Of a stretch of 64,000 nucleotides of DNA, positions 1 through 14,472 are shown in pieces. The stretch comes from Mytilus californianus (lineage: Eukaryota). Location: the NCBI RefSeq assembly GCF_021869535.1, contig NW_026262581.1, positions 86,056,001 through 86,120,000 on the forward strand. Direction: 5' to 3'. The notes beneath the pieces were generated by a model that was not told where the DNA came from, did no database searches, and worked only from the letters and a program-made list of their open reading frames with translations. How positions within the stretch are numbered: position 1 is the first letter of the stretch; each line of letters starts with the position of its first letter. Made by a program: the position numbers and the translations under genes.

Positions 1-536
1 AAATTTCCCATCCTTCTTCCCGACCCGATCGACCTGCATTACAGAACCTACCTATTGTATAATAAATTATTGGTTCTCGATCTAAATATGCATGAAATAT
101 TTGCAACTGGACTTTAAGCAAGACACAATCAATCAATGCACACTTCAACATTTGGTGTTATATTTGTAAATGTCACCGGCTTTACTTTTTTCTTCGAGTC
201 GATAAGAACAATGTCAAAAAGCATTCTGTATGATCAACTTAATCAAAGTCAATCTAAAATGACTTCGAAAACAAAAGTGAAATTACTTAAATGTGGTTAT
301 GTGTGTTGCCACTAACAATTGTTTGTGTAGATTTTTTTTGAAATCATGTCAATAAGAACTCCGTCATGCTTCAATGATAAACATTTATATGTGAAGATTA
401 TTTGAATTAACATTATGCTTCAGTGTAAAATAAAACTTGCGATCTAGGCATATCTCCGAAAGCATAAAAATTCACATTGCTAGAATTTGTATGGCATATT
501 TCAAATGTAAGTCTAGAACCGATTGCAGATATTATT

Positions 537-1004
537 AGTTATCTTGGTGTAATCAGGGGTGTACAGAATTTTACAACGGTGTTTAAAATTCATACACCAA
601 GATAACGAATTTATTTCTAATAAAGCGTTCTTTTGCTTATTTCTATATACCGGGTGATAGAATTAGAAAAATTCTTATGAAGAACTTCCACTATACACAT
701 TTCTTCAACACAGATGTTGCTGTGAGCTGTCAAATATTACCTTTTTTTAAGATTTAATTTTTTGGAATTTGTTTTTTTTTTTAAATTTCTATAAATTTGG
801 TTAAAAAAAACCAATTATTTTGACAAATTTTTTTTTTTAGTTTGCCAAAATCTATTTTTTTTGTAATTTTTTGGTAATTTTTAATTTTTTAGTTTTGACA
901 TTTTTATTTTGGCAACATTGTATCCCGGGGTGAACTGGGGTGTATTATTTACACCCGGGTAATTAACCAATCAGATTGCAAGATTCTTGCTTCATAAGAA
1001 ATAA
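537..1004. mobile_element. Hairpin-ended non-autonomous element, copy 1 (hairpin centre deleted)
   Basis: Shares both ends with 7745-8266 (AGTTATCTTGGTGTAATCAGGG; ACACC.GG.TAATTAACCAATCA...CATAAGAAATAA). Confidence 0.65.
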
Positions 1005-4000
1005 TGTATCTTATTATGAATTAAGTAAATTATACACCCTGAATATTCCGTTTAAATTTGATAAAAATTTTGGCCGAATTAGGCTGTAATTGATTATAGT
1101 TTTTACTGAGTAAGGACACATTAAATTTTTGAGTACAAAAATATTTGTTTGCTACTCGTCTAATGGCACTATAAAGGGCAAAGATCAGGAACGACAAAAG
1201 TAATTACAATCTCTTTGGCAGTAACGAGCATTATATTGTAATTTCAAGACTTTGTTGAACACAGAGCTCTATACTAATGTACACGGCCGATAGTAAAATA
1301 TATTTTAAAGTTTATTTACTGAAAAAACGTTGATGTAACATTTATTCCATGATTTGAGCAATACGGTTGTTTTATTCTATATGTAGAATGGTCGACATAC
1401 TGTCCGTCGTCTTGTGTCTCTATCTTACATAATAAATTATGATCTGTTATTCCCAATTTCTCACACAACAACAAAATACGTATATCAAGTACCAATTATC
1501 TTTTAACCATTGAATATATTGAAGTGAAACTTTTGGCCCTCATGACACTATATATCTTTGTTTTGTCTGTGTGTGTCAATCTGTTCGTCGTCCGTAAATA
1601 TTTTTGTTACAAAAGCTTATCAATGCAAACTCTCCTACAATAAACATGGGATTGAAATAAAACTTAACATAATTACATAACACGAAATAAAGTCGTGTAT
1701 CTCCATATTTGTCTTCTGATGTGATTGTGGTTCTGGTGGTTACCCACCTTAAAACATTCCAATTTTAGCATATACCATTTTGGGGAGTTTCCCGCAAAAC
1801 ACGGACAAATCTGTGCTGTCATTGTTAACTTTCCATTATTTACTTATGTCTTAATGCTTTAAGAGGTTTCCATAGGCATAGCAAAACAATGGCATGTTCA
1901 GTTCCTAACAAAAAGTAGGCTACAAATTATTGTTATTTATTCGAATATTTAAGACATATTAGCAGTTTTGTTTTTTTCTTTCTATTATTTTTTTCTTTTC
2001 TTTTTGTTTGAACCATTTGTAATTTCTTCAAACCAAGAAGCTTGAGTTTATGAGTTGTGGACATCAGTCAACTAATGTTGTCTTATATTTGTTAATAAAT
2101 TATAGATTTTCTGTGTTGGTGATATTTTCTAGTTAGTGCATTAATTATTACTTTTTCGCCACAGTGTGTTGAAAGATAAGGAAGTGAGACTGGTATTTTA
2201 GTATGTGGTGATTCAACACTTACAGTGCTTATGGTATTTTAGAAATACAAGATTTATTTTTACATAAGACATTGAGATATAACCGATTTGATTAACCAAC
2301 ATATTTTGTCTGCATATTAACGGTCTGTATAATCATTCATAATACATCTTGTGGTCAAGAACATGACAGTTTGTCACACATTCTTATACAATGATGACAC
2401 ACGAAAATTGTATTTAAGCTTTAACTTTATATAAGGACACAAAATAGTTTACTGTTTAACTGTTACTGTAGAAATAATATGGTTAAGATTAAGTTTGTGG
2501 ATAAAATTGATGTGCTATACGACTTGTATATTTGCATATTAAGTACACTTTCGAGCTCATAACTAATATTGAAATTGGTTATACCAGATACAAGTTCAAA
2601 GTTGAAACGTAATCTGATCTCATAAGAAAAATTGCATCAAATCTTAAGTGTTTTACTATAAAATCAATGCTTGCGTATTGAAAACTATTATAACAACATA
2701 AAAATGAACTGTCCGCAAAAGGATTTCATTCTAATACCCACCCTTTTTGCTAGAGTCTACGTCAAACAATCCTAGCAAATGTCATAAAACGTTCGCTGTA
2801 TTTATAGCTAGATTGAATTTATTTTTCTGTTTAGTTTTTAGTCGAACAAAATATATTTCAGCACAAACCGATTTAGTTTTTAAACGAAAACCTCTTTAAT
2901 AGCTATGTTTTAAGTTACAAGTTCAAAGATTTATAAAAGTTCAGTGTAAAGTAGAAAAAAGTGGAATCTGTCATGTTTGGTAAAAACTTTTTTTCTTTTC
3001 AAAGTAAAAGTAATAACTAAAACATAAATAAATATAATCTACATATATATCATGTATATGGTGACAGGCCACTATACATCTTGTGGTCTAAAACAAGACA
3101 TGAACACTATACGACAACGAAAGTAGAGTTTTCTACTTAAAATAAAAATGGTAAAGGTATGGATAATCTCATCATTGAAAAGGTTTATTGTTAAGTTTGT
3201 TAAACATATCTTCAAATCTCGTTAAGATGAAGGATAGGCCCATTTGAACATATTCTTTAAAATATACTAAATACATGTGAAAAACAACAAAATTATATAC
3301 GTTCGTGTTAAAAATGGGGCTCGAAATGTAGTGGTCAAAAAGGTATGATGACGAAAAATCCTTTAAAAAGCTAGAAACATCCGATAGGGTACATTTTGAT
3401 ATATTTTCTATACAGTTAAAAGGGCAATTTTGCCAAACGAGGACTTTAAAAACGCACTCACATGCAAGGATCCTTCAATATTGTTTTCGTGATGTGACTG
3501 ATTTGTATATATAATCGCTTGATCTGAAACAATAAATATGGATGGATGCTTGAGATATTCGTACCATATCCAAAATAAGTCCTTCTTTGTATCTAATCCT
3601 GGTAATTTATAAATGTAAACTATTTAGAGTTCATATTCCACACAAATAGAAGTTAAAATGCAATATGTCCCATTTTAAAAGAATAAAAACATCAATATAT
3701 AACAACAAGAAACATAAGCAACATCTAGATTAACATCTTACCTGTATTAGACAGGTGAAATAAAAAATCTTCACAAAATTAATTTATGTCCACACTATAT
3801 TAATATATATTCCATAAGAGTTAAATATTCCTCAGACCTGCTCTGTATAACAAGGAGGTAGTCGTACAAACCGACAAATAAATCATACCACAGCCCGGAG
3901 CAGTAGAATCATCAATGACATCCTAGGGATGAACACATATATGACATAAACAATAATATTATTGAACTAATCAGACAAGAACAGCCAATAATATAACGTT

Positions 4001-5467
4001 TCCTTAAAATTTAACTTTTCAAGCGACAATATGTTAAAAGAATTACTTTTAAGATGTTTGAGGGAAAAACAATCGTCGTCACCTTGTATAAATAGTTTAT
4101 ATATAAAATAGGAAGACACCGAATGGTTCTTATCATAGAATCTAACATCTGACGAGGTAGAAAGATACTATTCCAGGATTTTTTTCTTTTCTTGTGAGCT
4201 GATCTAAGACCTAGAATTGTCTTTCTACTCCATGATAATGTCATAGAAGTTAGCCATTAAAACATACCGATAGTTGCTTACATTCACGTCTATGGACTCT
4301 GCTGGAAAGTTGTCTTAATATTGTCAATCAAACCACATCTTCTTATTTTTATATTTACAATTTATTGATGACGTATTTGATGGATAAATTCTTCATGTTT
4401 ATTCATTATTAACTAGCTACGAATACAAATGTACTTATCTTATATATATTGTTACAGTAATGTTCGGCATTTATATTACTAAGACACGTTTTTGAATAAA
4501 ATTCAGTTTACCAGATAAATTTAAACTGTTAGTCATGTATGATTTGAGATTTGCTTTGCATCTTAGAAATAAAATTACGACAAAACCTTCTGATCTCAAC
4601 TAAAATGCAGACGAGATTTTTATTTTAAAGAAGATCTTTACATACTTATTCAAACTTGGATAGATTTTAATTGGCTACTATTCGAATATAACTGGGAGCG
4701 ATGTACCAAATACTGCCTAATAATGTTAAACCGCGGTCATTTCCTCTATTGTATACCTTTTACTGCAAACTTCTTTACCACACAGTTAGTTATATATGTT
4801 ACAGTCTTCTAACCAATAATGGATGTAAGTTCTTCCTCTTAATTATAGTTGGGGGAATAATAAAATGTCCAAAAGGCTTCGTAATTTACCTAATAGTAAG
4901 CCATAATGACATTTGAAAATGAGCTACATGTTTGAATTATGCGGTCTGTTGAACATATTTTTGCTGTCAGTAGTGATATAAAAAGCTTTCGTCATGTTGG
5001 GTGTGTAACGCAATAGACTCATGTGACGTTTTTCAGCAAATTACTTTCTCCTAGGGCAATAAAGGTGATCAACTGTCAAATGTTACAATTATAGGTAACT
5101 AATCATCTATATAAAGTATGAAATAGTTCGCATTAAATAGGCATTAGTACTTCATTATCAGCTGTGAGGTTAACATTGATAGGCCAGCAAGTGGAATATT
5201 TCTGTTTTATTCTAGGGTATCCTAGGTGCGATGTGTTTTGTTCGGTGTAAAATTAAAGACACGAACAATATAGTTTTCGGAATGAAATTTGCAAGTTCAA
5301 AGTAAATTTAATTTAACATATTTTATTGATAAATTACAAGTTATAAGAAAGATCGGTGCAGAAAAAGCTAATATTTTCAATTTGTTGTAAAGTAAATGTA
5401 TTATAAAGATTTATATGGATAAATTAATTCTAAAATTCGCCTCTGAGGGGAAATGATGATGATGATA

Positions 5468-5778
5468 ATGAATATCTGTTTATCGTCCGGTGGCAAAGTA
5501 AATGCATATTCAGGACGATAACATTTTAATGCGATATAAATATGAGCCATGCTTTGTACTAGAACGACCCGCTAAGCATGAATTCTAACGTTTTTGTCAT
5601 GTCACTTACCCGGACACATTATTCTGACTCCGAGCCGACCAGTCTTTGCCCCTTATATCCCTTAATATCGAGAGAAGCAGCAAATACCTGTTTTTCAAGT
5701 CTTTGGGTTGACCCATCCGGGGCTAGAACCCACAACCTCCCGGAATCGAGGAGAGCACGTTATCACGAGACCACCGAG
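5468..5778 (-). mobile_element. tRNA-derived SINE (bivalve Meta/CORE type)
   Basis: Minus strand starts CTCGGTGGTCTCGTG (A box) ... GGGTTCTAGCCCC (B-box-like), followed by the central domain AAAGACTGGTCGGCTCGGAGTCAGAATAATGTGTCC. Confidence 0.7.
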
Positions 5779-6984
5779 TCAGTCCGAAGGGAAATTACTG
5801 TTGTAGTAGATCTTGAAAACACCTAACAACATATCGCGACAAAAAATCGGGCATATTGTTTCCATCCTCCAAAGGGGTATAATGTTTCTCCATTCAGCGT
5901 CTCCTACGTATTTTAGGGTAACAATTTTTATTTTGTAGAAGTTTTTTTACACATATATAATTGGTGTGCAAATATATCAGAGTTTTTGATTTTAGAACTA
6001 TACCCAAATGCTGAAATTGTTTTTCTTAGTCAACTTTGAATCTATGTTTGACACATTTTATATTGGTTTCTGTGACTTTGTGGTCAATAAAGAGAATGTT
6101 CTCAACAACGACAAAAAAGCATTTTAAAGAGATGACAAAAGTCAACCACTGACGACGTTTCTGGCATAATTAGGGGCATTCACGGGCATTTTCGACAGGG
6201 TTAAACTAGTTGTTGATATCTAAAACATTACTCTTGTTTTATCGGTCTGAAGATCAAAAATGTAACACACGAAAGAATAAACGATAAAAATATCAATACA
6301 ACAAAGCAATTACCAATACAATAATGCTATAATAGATAACAATAGTCAGGAGCCTGTGATTCAGTTGTTGTCGTTGGTTGCTGTATGCCTTATTTGTTTT
6401 CGTTTGTTGATAGCATAAATCAGTCCGTTATTTTTCTCTTTTTATTGTTACACATTTTGTTCCACTGCTTTTTATAGCTTACTATGATATTCTGGTGTCC
6501 TATTGTTGTTTACATCATCGTCCTTTGGTCTCGGGTAGATAAATGTCTCATTGGCAATCATATCACATGTCAAAATAATTCATAATTCTACCTCTCTAAA
6601 GTATTTAGCATTCTTTGTTTATGTAGTAACTTTTTTCCAAATATTATAGTCATTAGTGTTAAAAGGACTTTTTATTGTTAGGGCTACTTTAACACCATAA
6701 TATCAGACAATCAGACAATAATGGATAAAACAGTACAAAATGTTATTCGTGTTCAATTTCATCTTTTTTACAAATTTTATTTCCCCTTCATGCTAACTTT
6801 GTTCTCTAGTAAGCTTATAGTTTGAACATATAATTGAACACAACTTTATCTCAGATTGAATGACAGTTTCTGTATTTTTTATTGACACAAATATTTGGTT
6901 TTTTTATTCTATAGTAGAAAACACACTTTGGTGAGTAACCAATGTAATACTATCAAATTTGGAAATTTCTATCTTTTAATATAA

Positions 6985-7290
6985 AAATAAGAAGATGTGG
7001 TATGATTGCTAATGAGACAACTCTCCACAAGAGACCAAATAAAACAGAAATTAACAACTATAGGTCACCGTACGGCCTTCAACAATGGGTAAAACCCATA
7101 CCGCATAGTCAGCTATAAAAGGCCCCGAAATGACAAATGTAAAACAATCCAAACTAGAAAATTACGGCATGATTTATGTACAACATAAAGAAGAAAAACA
7201 AATATGATATACAGCAACAAACGACAACCACTGAATTACAGGCTCCTGACTTTGGACAGGCACATACAGATTTCAATTTTCAAGGTGATT
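6985..7290 (+). repeat. High-copy interspersed repeat typical of Mytilus; other copies near 6340-6570, 25085-25270, 26190-26450, 32650-32900 and 61430-61630
   Basis: AAGAAGATGTGGTATGATTGC.AATGAGACAAC...CAGCTATAAAAGGCCCCGA recurs on both strands. Confidence 0.75.
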
Positions 7291-7744
7291 TCTGGCCGTA
7301 TCAATCCCCATACCGGCCATATGTATGCATTCAGATAGACAAATTAATTGACCCTTCAGCAAGTATCTTACTTCTGAGAGGGAAAGTTCCTACGAATGTA
7401 TTTTACTATTTATATATCCCCTATTGATCCTGAGGTTCAGAAGTCATAAAGTCTCAATCGAATGCATGTCCAATATAAGTCTAACCTCATCCAATGTTTA
7501 GGACTGGTAAGAGACATTGCATTGCATTCGAACAACCTCAGAATGCTTCGTTTCATCAAAATGTAATGATACCCTCCATTGGTGAAACCAATGTTAATTA
7601 AACAAGTAAACATAAACAAGAGTCACCTTTTATTTTATGCAAAATTGAGCAAGTTTTATTGCTGCCTTATCCTTATTTAGAGATTGCATCACTGGTGATA
7701 ACGGCTGTTGCAGGAATGCACGTTAAAAATCCGACTCTGTGTGT

Positions 7745-8266
7745 AGTTATCTTGGTGTAATCAGGGATGTACAGAATTTTACACCCTTGTTGAAAATTCA
7801 TACACCATGAGGAGCAGCCGACAGGGTGTATGAATTTTCAACAACGGTGTAGAATTCTTACACCCCTGTTTACACCAAGATAACGAATTTATTTCTTATG
7901 AACAATTCCTTTACCCATTTTTAAACCGGGATGTAAAATTGAAAAATGCTAATGAAAAATTTCCAGTGTAACATTTTTTTAACGTCGATGTTGCTGCGCA
8001 TTGTTAAATACTTTTTTCTTTATTTTTGGGAAATTCAGAATTTTTTGGTGTTCTTTCGAATTTTCGGGAAAAAAAATAAAAAAAATTTTTAATTTTTTTT
8101 ACAAATTTTTGTCCTCAAATTTATTCATTTTTTTCTTTTTTACATTTTATTTTTTTTTTTCTTTATTTTGGCAAAATTCTATCCCGGGGTGAACAAGGGT
8201 GGGGTGTTATTTACACCGGGATAATTAACCAATCATATTGCAGTATTTATGCTGCATAAGAAATAA
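7745..8266. mobile_element. Hairpin-ended non-autonomous element, copy 2 (Crypton-like by structure; inference)
   Basis: About 140-bp terminal hairpin 7746-7884; short inverted TTATTTCTTATG/CATAAGAAATAA. Confidence 0.65.
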
Positions 8267-11200
8267 GTAGATTTACATGACTGTTTTTGGTCGGAATTGG
8301 AACGTTGGACGTTTTGATGCCCTGCGCTAGCTCTCTCAAATATCCTTAATGGTTCCATGGTGAACCTATTCCAAGTCAAAACTTCTAATTCTTACCTAAA
8401 TGCGATATTTTCATTTGGCGGTCCAAATTTTCCACACTTTTGATATCAGTTTTGAACTAATTTTGAAACCCTATTAAACTTATTCATTATTTTTGTTCCT
8501 CCTGAATATCCATGAAATAATCGCTCTCGTTGTTAAGCAATCGAGAATCAATCCTTTATCTTGTATATTTGATTAATACCGATTTGCTATTACGCGATTA
8601 AAATTTTTCGCTTAGATTTCTTGTCTGAATTGAAATTTATGGTAGAAATTAAATTTAATCAAAGTACTGAAGTACTGAACATCGGATGACCGCAGGTTCT
8701 TGTGGATGGTCAAAAGCACATGTCACAGAAACAGGTCACATCTCTATACCTGAAACTGAGGTTAATTTACAGAGATTTTTTTTTTATACAAGTTCGTGCT
8801 TGGATGATGAATAAATGACCGGAAATTCAACCTCACCGTAATAACTATTATATTGTAGTGATACAAATCAGTATACCTTAGACTATTATACTAATATAAT
8901 TATAATAGTTCCAGAGAATACACTGGTTTGTTGTTATATATTATATTAATATTACGGTTGCATGTATATATAATTTTCATCTATATGTATATCATACTAT
9001 TCTACTATTATTATAGTGTAATGCAAGTGCATGGTGGACACTCTTCTGTAAAAAAAAATCAAAGTCTTAAAGGCTGTAAAAGCAATTGCTGCCATGTTAA
9101 TGTTTTGTGGACACTTTATTTTTCATCCATATATATAAGAATTAAACCTGACAGGACAGGAGTGTTGACTAGTGAGAAGCAAGACGGTTTTAACTTTATA
9201 TCAATATAAGACTTTAGCAGGAAATCATTTTAAATATGTTTTATATTTTACAAGGAGACAACAAGTTTACCAGGCTAAAGTTGGGGTTAATTATACATGT
9301 GCTGAAACATATAACTGAAAAAAAAATCATTATGGATTATCCCCTGGTAGTGTTTGTAACTGGGCAATAATTTCCTTTATTGATTTAATTTTAACCATTT
9401 TCATAATTAATTTAAATTAACCATTCAGTTAAAACATTTCAACTTTCCAGACGCAAATGTTGAAAAACGGGACAGAAATAAAATATCTTACAAGACATAA
9501 ACTTGTAAAAAATAAATATATATTTCAGCTTACTAAAAATATTTTCATAATGTTACTTTGACATCATTCCTTAAAACTAAGTCCCAAACATAATTGCTCA
9601 GTTGACATGTGTCATCCTCATGCAATACGAGATAACTATAATTCTCATGCAATCCCGAAAAGGGGGGTCATCACAAACAAACATGACATTAAATTGTCAT
9701 TATACGAACTAGAACAAACAGCTCTATGTTGCTTTGATATTTATCAATTTTCAGGAAACATGTGAAATAAATTTCAGGTCCATTTCATTATAGTGCCTAA
9801 CAAGATTGCGTGAGGTAGACGAAATTGACCTTAAAACGATTGTATTGTCTTTTGATGTCCAAAAATAGGCAGATCGGACATATAAGGACTTTATCTAATG
9901 ACTACATAAATTTGGGATTTATTATTATTATAATATTCTAATGAAACTGAAAATTGTATTTTTTTTTAGGATAAACAACAATTTTACCTGGCGTAGCCGT
10001 TCATAAATGTTTTTCTGCATTTATCTTCGAAAAATGGCGTATTTAATGGAATAGAACGTTAATACAGTAAACTTTCTCTTTTTTCTCCGCAATAGGCTAT
10101 CAAAAATAATTTATCTAATGTGTATGTGGAAAATTATGTGAAAAGATAAAAAGTGGCAATTGTTACCTTTCATACCTTAAGTTTCGTTCATCTGATTCTG
10201 ACCAATGCTGTATATACTAAATATCTATTTATATGCCGCTATTATTGTTGTTGTTACCAATTATGTAAATCAATTGTATCTGATTTTATGCCCTTTATGG
10301 GCTCTGTAATTTGGGAAAATAAAAAAAAAATCTATTCATGATAAAACGTAATATGGACTGGTCCAGTGTCCAGTTTGCAGGTCATTTAATTTTCTGTACA
10401 CATTCATGCACGCTCTGATTTAATCAATATACTCGTACGAAAAAGCATGAACAGTTTGAAGGTAATCTAATAATAAATTAATCAAATCAAATTGCATAAG
10501 ATTCAATAACAATGTCAAGTCCACATCATAATGAGTAATAGAGGTAAACTGGGTAGGGAGAAAATGACAGAAATTTCAAGTTAATATTTATGCAATAACG
10601 AATTAAAATTTGTCAACCAAAAGTTTTGCTACAATTTCAAAAACATGTCGTTCTGTATGGGTATAGTTTTTGGATCTTTCATTAGCGTATTTAAGGCTAT
10701 AAAAAGTTTGGGCTTCAAAAGTTCACACAATTATTGACTTTATACAGAAAATTCGTCCTTGTAAAACATTTAATAGTTCACAAATGATACGCGATTTTAA
10801 AGTAAAATTATTTCTTAAAACACTGCAAAAAATTTCATTCATATTGATAAAGTGGTATCGTCATAAAGTGCGTTGAAATGAACAGTGGTATAGCAAACAT
10901 CGAATTCCCTCACAAAATGTTATCACACACTACAGTAAGGGGAGTCAGTTAAGTTTGTCTATTTTTAGATACTATACAGGTAATCTTTTGACACTACGTA
11001 TACAACCTGTGTGACCTGTGTAGTGATTTTGATTTTACGATAAATTCATGAATGAACGATAATTTTATGAATGAACATGAGCACCTGACCTCTTTCTTAA
11101 ACACCTATTAAACATATAAAACCGTATTTAATAAGGAGATAATTCAGTCAAATTTTCAGTACTAAATCAACAACTGAAATGATTCCATTTTTTGATGAAA

Positions 11201-11379
11201 CATCGTACGAACGGAGAACGGAATCGCAGGTATAAAAATGCACTTTTTTCCCTTGTAATGACCGCGGATCTATAATTTTTATCGATCGGTTGAAATCCCA
11301 AAACTAATTTGCATAATGGAAATTTAGGCGATAGCAATACATCGGAGTGACCTCAAGGTCATCCTCTGTAAAAAGCAAA

Positions 11380-12486
11380 ATTACAAAAATACAGAACTCT
11401 AAGGGAATTTCAAAACGGAAAGCCTTTTATAATATGGTAAAATCAAAAGCTCAAACACATCAAACGAATGGAAAACAACTGTCATATTCCTGACTTGGTA
11501 CAGGCATTTCTTTATGTAGACAATGGTGGATTAAACCTGGTCTAATAGCTAGCTAAACCTCTCACTTGTATGACAGTCGCATAGAATTCCATTATATTGA
11601 CAACAATGTGTGAGCAAAACAAACAAACAAACAAACAAACATAATAGGTAAAACAGTCAAAAATTGGGGTACAGCAGTCAACATTGTATTTTAATCCTAA
11701 TCACTATAAAAACAAACAACTATTTCAACAAAGAAAAACAAATTGGCATATAGAAACTCTATAGACAAATACAAAAAATACCATAGCGCAATAACACAAT
11801 GGCCGAATATATAAATACCGAGCCACACCAAAAGTATATTACCAAAAATGGACTAAACAGTAAAGGTTAAAAATATACAAAGACAAATAAAAAGAACACT
11901 ATAACACGTAATTAAGATGATAAAAAACGTCAGTACTTAGAATCTATACTTCAAGACCATCATGTATTATTTGTGAAGTTGATACGGAATATTTATCAAC
12001 AAGGTCTTGTTATCTTCCGATAAACTTTTTTTTTTTAAAAAGGACGAGACGTCTTTTGACAGCTCTTGAATATCGAATGAGATGGGAAATGTATATCCCA
12101 TATGCAGGTGAAGTTGGTATATTGCTGCTAAGGTAGGGGAAATTTTATAATTCGTCTCGTCTTTCATAGATTCTGATACTGAGATGACCGCTTATGTCAA
12201 ATTCGTGGTATAAGTCTATAAATGAGGCGGAGGAAGCCGTTTCTGTTGGTTCTTTATTTTCTAGTTCTGGAGGATATATTAATGGAATCCAATCAGAAAA
12301 GTTTGGATTATTAATGGGAACATCATCAATATATCTGAATGTAAAATTGAATGATCTGACTTCTTTGATCTTCTTGTTTTTGACAAGTGGCTGAAGGAAC
12401 TCCGACTCATATGAAAATAAGAAGAGGTCGACAAGGAGATGCGCACCGTTCGTTCCCATAGGAATGCCGACAATTTTACTGCACAT
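11380..12486 (-). mobile_element. Penelope-like retroelement relic: RT C-terminal half plus 3' tail
   Basis: GIPMG and RYIDD RT motifs (ORF 12145-12486), frameshifted continuation in 11967-12167, then high-copy tail. Confidence 0.85.
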
Positions 12487-13334
12487 ACAATATACCTTTC
12501 AGAATTCCACGTATATAGAAAAGGGATAAGGTTTGACATTTTGAAAATTTTTTTGTTTGTCTGTTAAATAAGCCCGGTATCTCTGATGAGTTTGTCAAAA
12601 AAAAAGTTAACCCAACATGTTTATATTCCAGGCTAAGTCAGGAGCATCGCCAGTGCAGAGACATATATATGCACATGAGTATATATGTCTCTGGCCAGTG
12701 GTTGTCTTTGTTAACTACTTATTGCTTTTTTCTTTAAGGAATTCGATGTTCTTTAGTCTTTATATGAGGTGTATTTACTGCCTATCTACGACGGAGACGT
12801 ACAATTATTAGATTGTCATAGATTTAGACCGTACGACATGTTAATCTACCTTTTCTTATTCTATTATGTTGCTGGCTTCCTGTCTCGTCACCATATAATA
12901 TATTATCTCCTGTTACCCTTCATAAGTTATCACAACACACAATTTGACTGTGGTGCTTTATTTCAAATTAAACTCAAATGCCACAAAGGTATCATACATT
13001 TACAAAGAAACCAAATAAAATAGTTAGAAAAAAAGTTAGTAAATTTAATTGCAATGCAATTACTTATATATATTTTTTTGTTTACCGTAAGCGGCAAACC
13101 ATAAACAGTTTACATGCGTAAATTACGAATTACCTACCATATGGGAAACATCTAAATTATTCTTATTCAAAACACGGAACGTATAAATGAGAATGTTTTG
13201 TGATGATATTTAAAAACTATTTGCGCCTTGAAGTATTGATATTTAATTCCTTACTTTAAACGACGAATAACTTTTGTTTATTACAGAATGAAAAAAAGTG
13301 TGGATAAATTAATCAATATACTTCTTTCTGTGTA

Positions 13335-13760
13335 GAAAAATTCCAGCAGCCCCTGCATATGGAGTACATATCTCCCAGTTGATACGATATTCCAGAGCTT
13401 GCATTTCTTATCATGATTTTCCTTGATAGAGGGTTATTGCTTATAAGGAAGCTATTAAACCAAATGAACTGGTCCGCCATTCCATCTAAATCTCCGCACC
13501 GAAGGTATATATAGCGATAAGGGAACGTAACAAGGGTCCAGTTTATTAAACCAAGAGTTCCTAATGGTGAAGTTGAAATCATCAATTCGAAAATTTTACG
13601 GACGCCATCACGAGTTGGTTGACCGTTATGGAATATCTGTTTCACGGATATGTTCCAATTGTCGTAACCACAATCCCGTCCCCTTTTCCTCGAGTATGAC
13701 CTACCGATTTATAGACTGGGTTTGAACTAACATAAGCAACACGACAGATGCCACATGAGG
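13335..13760 (+). mobile_element. Penelope-like RT C-terminal fragment (same clade, opposite strand)
   Basis: Translates as PAAPAYGVHISQLIRYSRAC..., then KLKSSIRKFYGRHHELVDRYG, interrupted by a small insertion. Confidence 0.75.
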
Positions 13761-14472
13761 AACAGGATCTGCTTAACTCTTCCAAAGCACCTGGGATGAC
13801 CCCTGGTTTTTTTTATGGGTTTCTGTTGCTCAGTGTTTATTTTTCTATGTTGTGTTTTTTTTTTTGTACTGTTGGTTGTCTTTCGGTCGTTTTTTTTTTT
13901 TTGCCTTATGAGTTTGAATAATACGTCAATAGTAACGTATAAACTATCATTACACCTTACACCAGGCATCTAATGTAACGTCCCAATTTCGACCGGACGT
14001 GACTGCATATTTGTACATCCCAAAAAGCCAATCTGACGGTGATCTTAAATTTGGTTTTTACTGCCTGATGGGAGAACTGCAGAACATCATATTTGTATAC
14101 TCATGTCACCTTGGTTCCGAGGATATGAAATAATTTAGGTAAAGCTCAAGTACCTTATAGGAATCCAAATCTATAAAAATATCCCATTATAAGTAAGGAG
14201 CGTCCGACGCGTTGTTCTAGGGTTTCCTGCTCAAACCCGAAAATCTGAAAGCCAAGGTTGTATTACTAATTGAAAACCCAAGGAGCTTAATCACAAAAAA
14301 AGGATACGAAAAGAACAGCCAAATCCAACTAAGTCCAATGTTGACTGAGGGAGTTTGAACCTAAGCTTATAAATAATTTCCTTTATCAGTGGGCAATCTT
14401 AATCTAAATAATGGTTATTGAATTCATTTAATTCATACATGATTATTTTATATATATATATATTGTAAATGT

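Noticed and set aside
4146-4170. CTGACGAGGTAGAAA hammerhead-like core
   Set aside because: No stem II or stem I pairing can be formed.
5740-5778. tRNA-like A/B boxes (also 16060-16138)
   Set aside because: No complete cloverleaf; contiguous with SINE bodies, so these are SINE heads rather than tRNA genes.
4011-10341. Short 60-93 aa ORFs in the first 10 kb, and similar ones elsewhere
   Set aside because: Low-complexity, AT-driven or inside SINEs and repeats; no domain motifs.
12583-12605. CTGATGAG motif
   Set aside because: No downstream GAAA or stems; part of a common repeat end.
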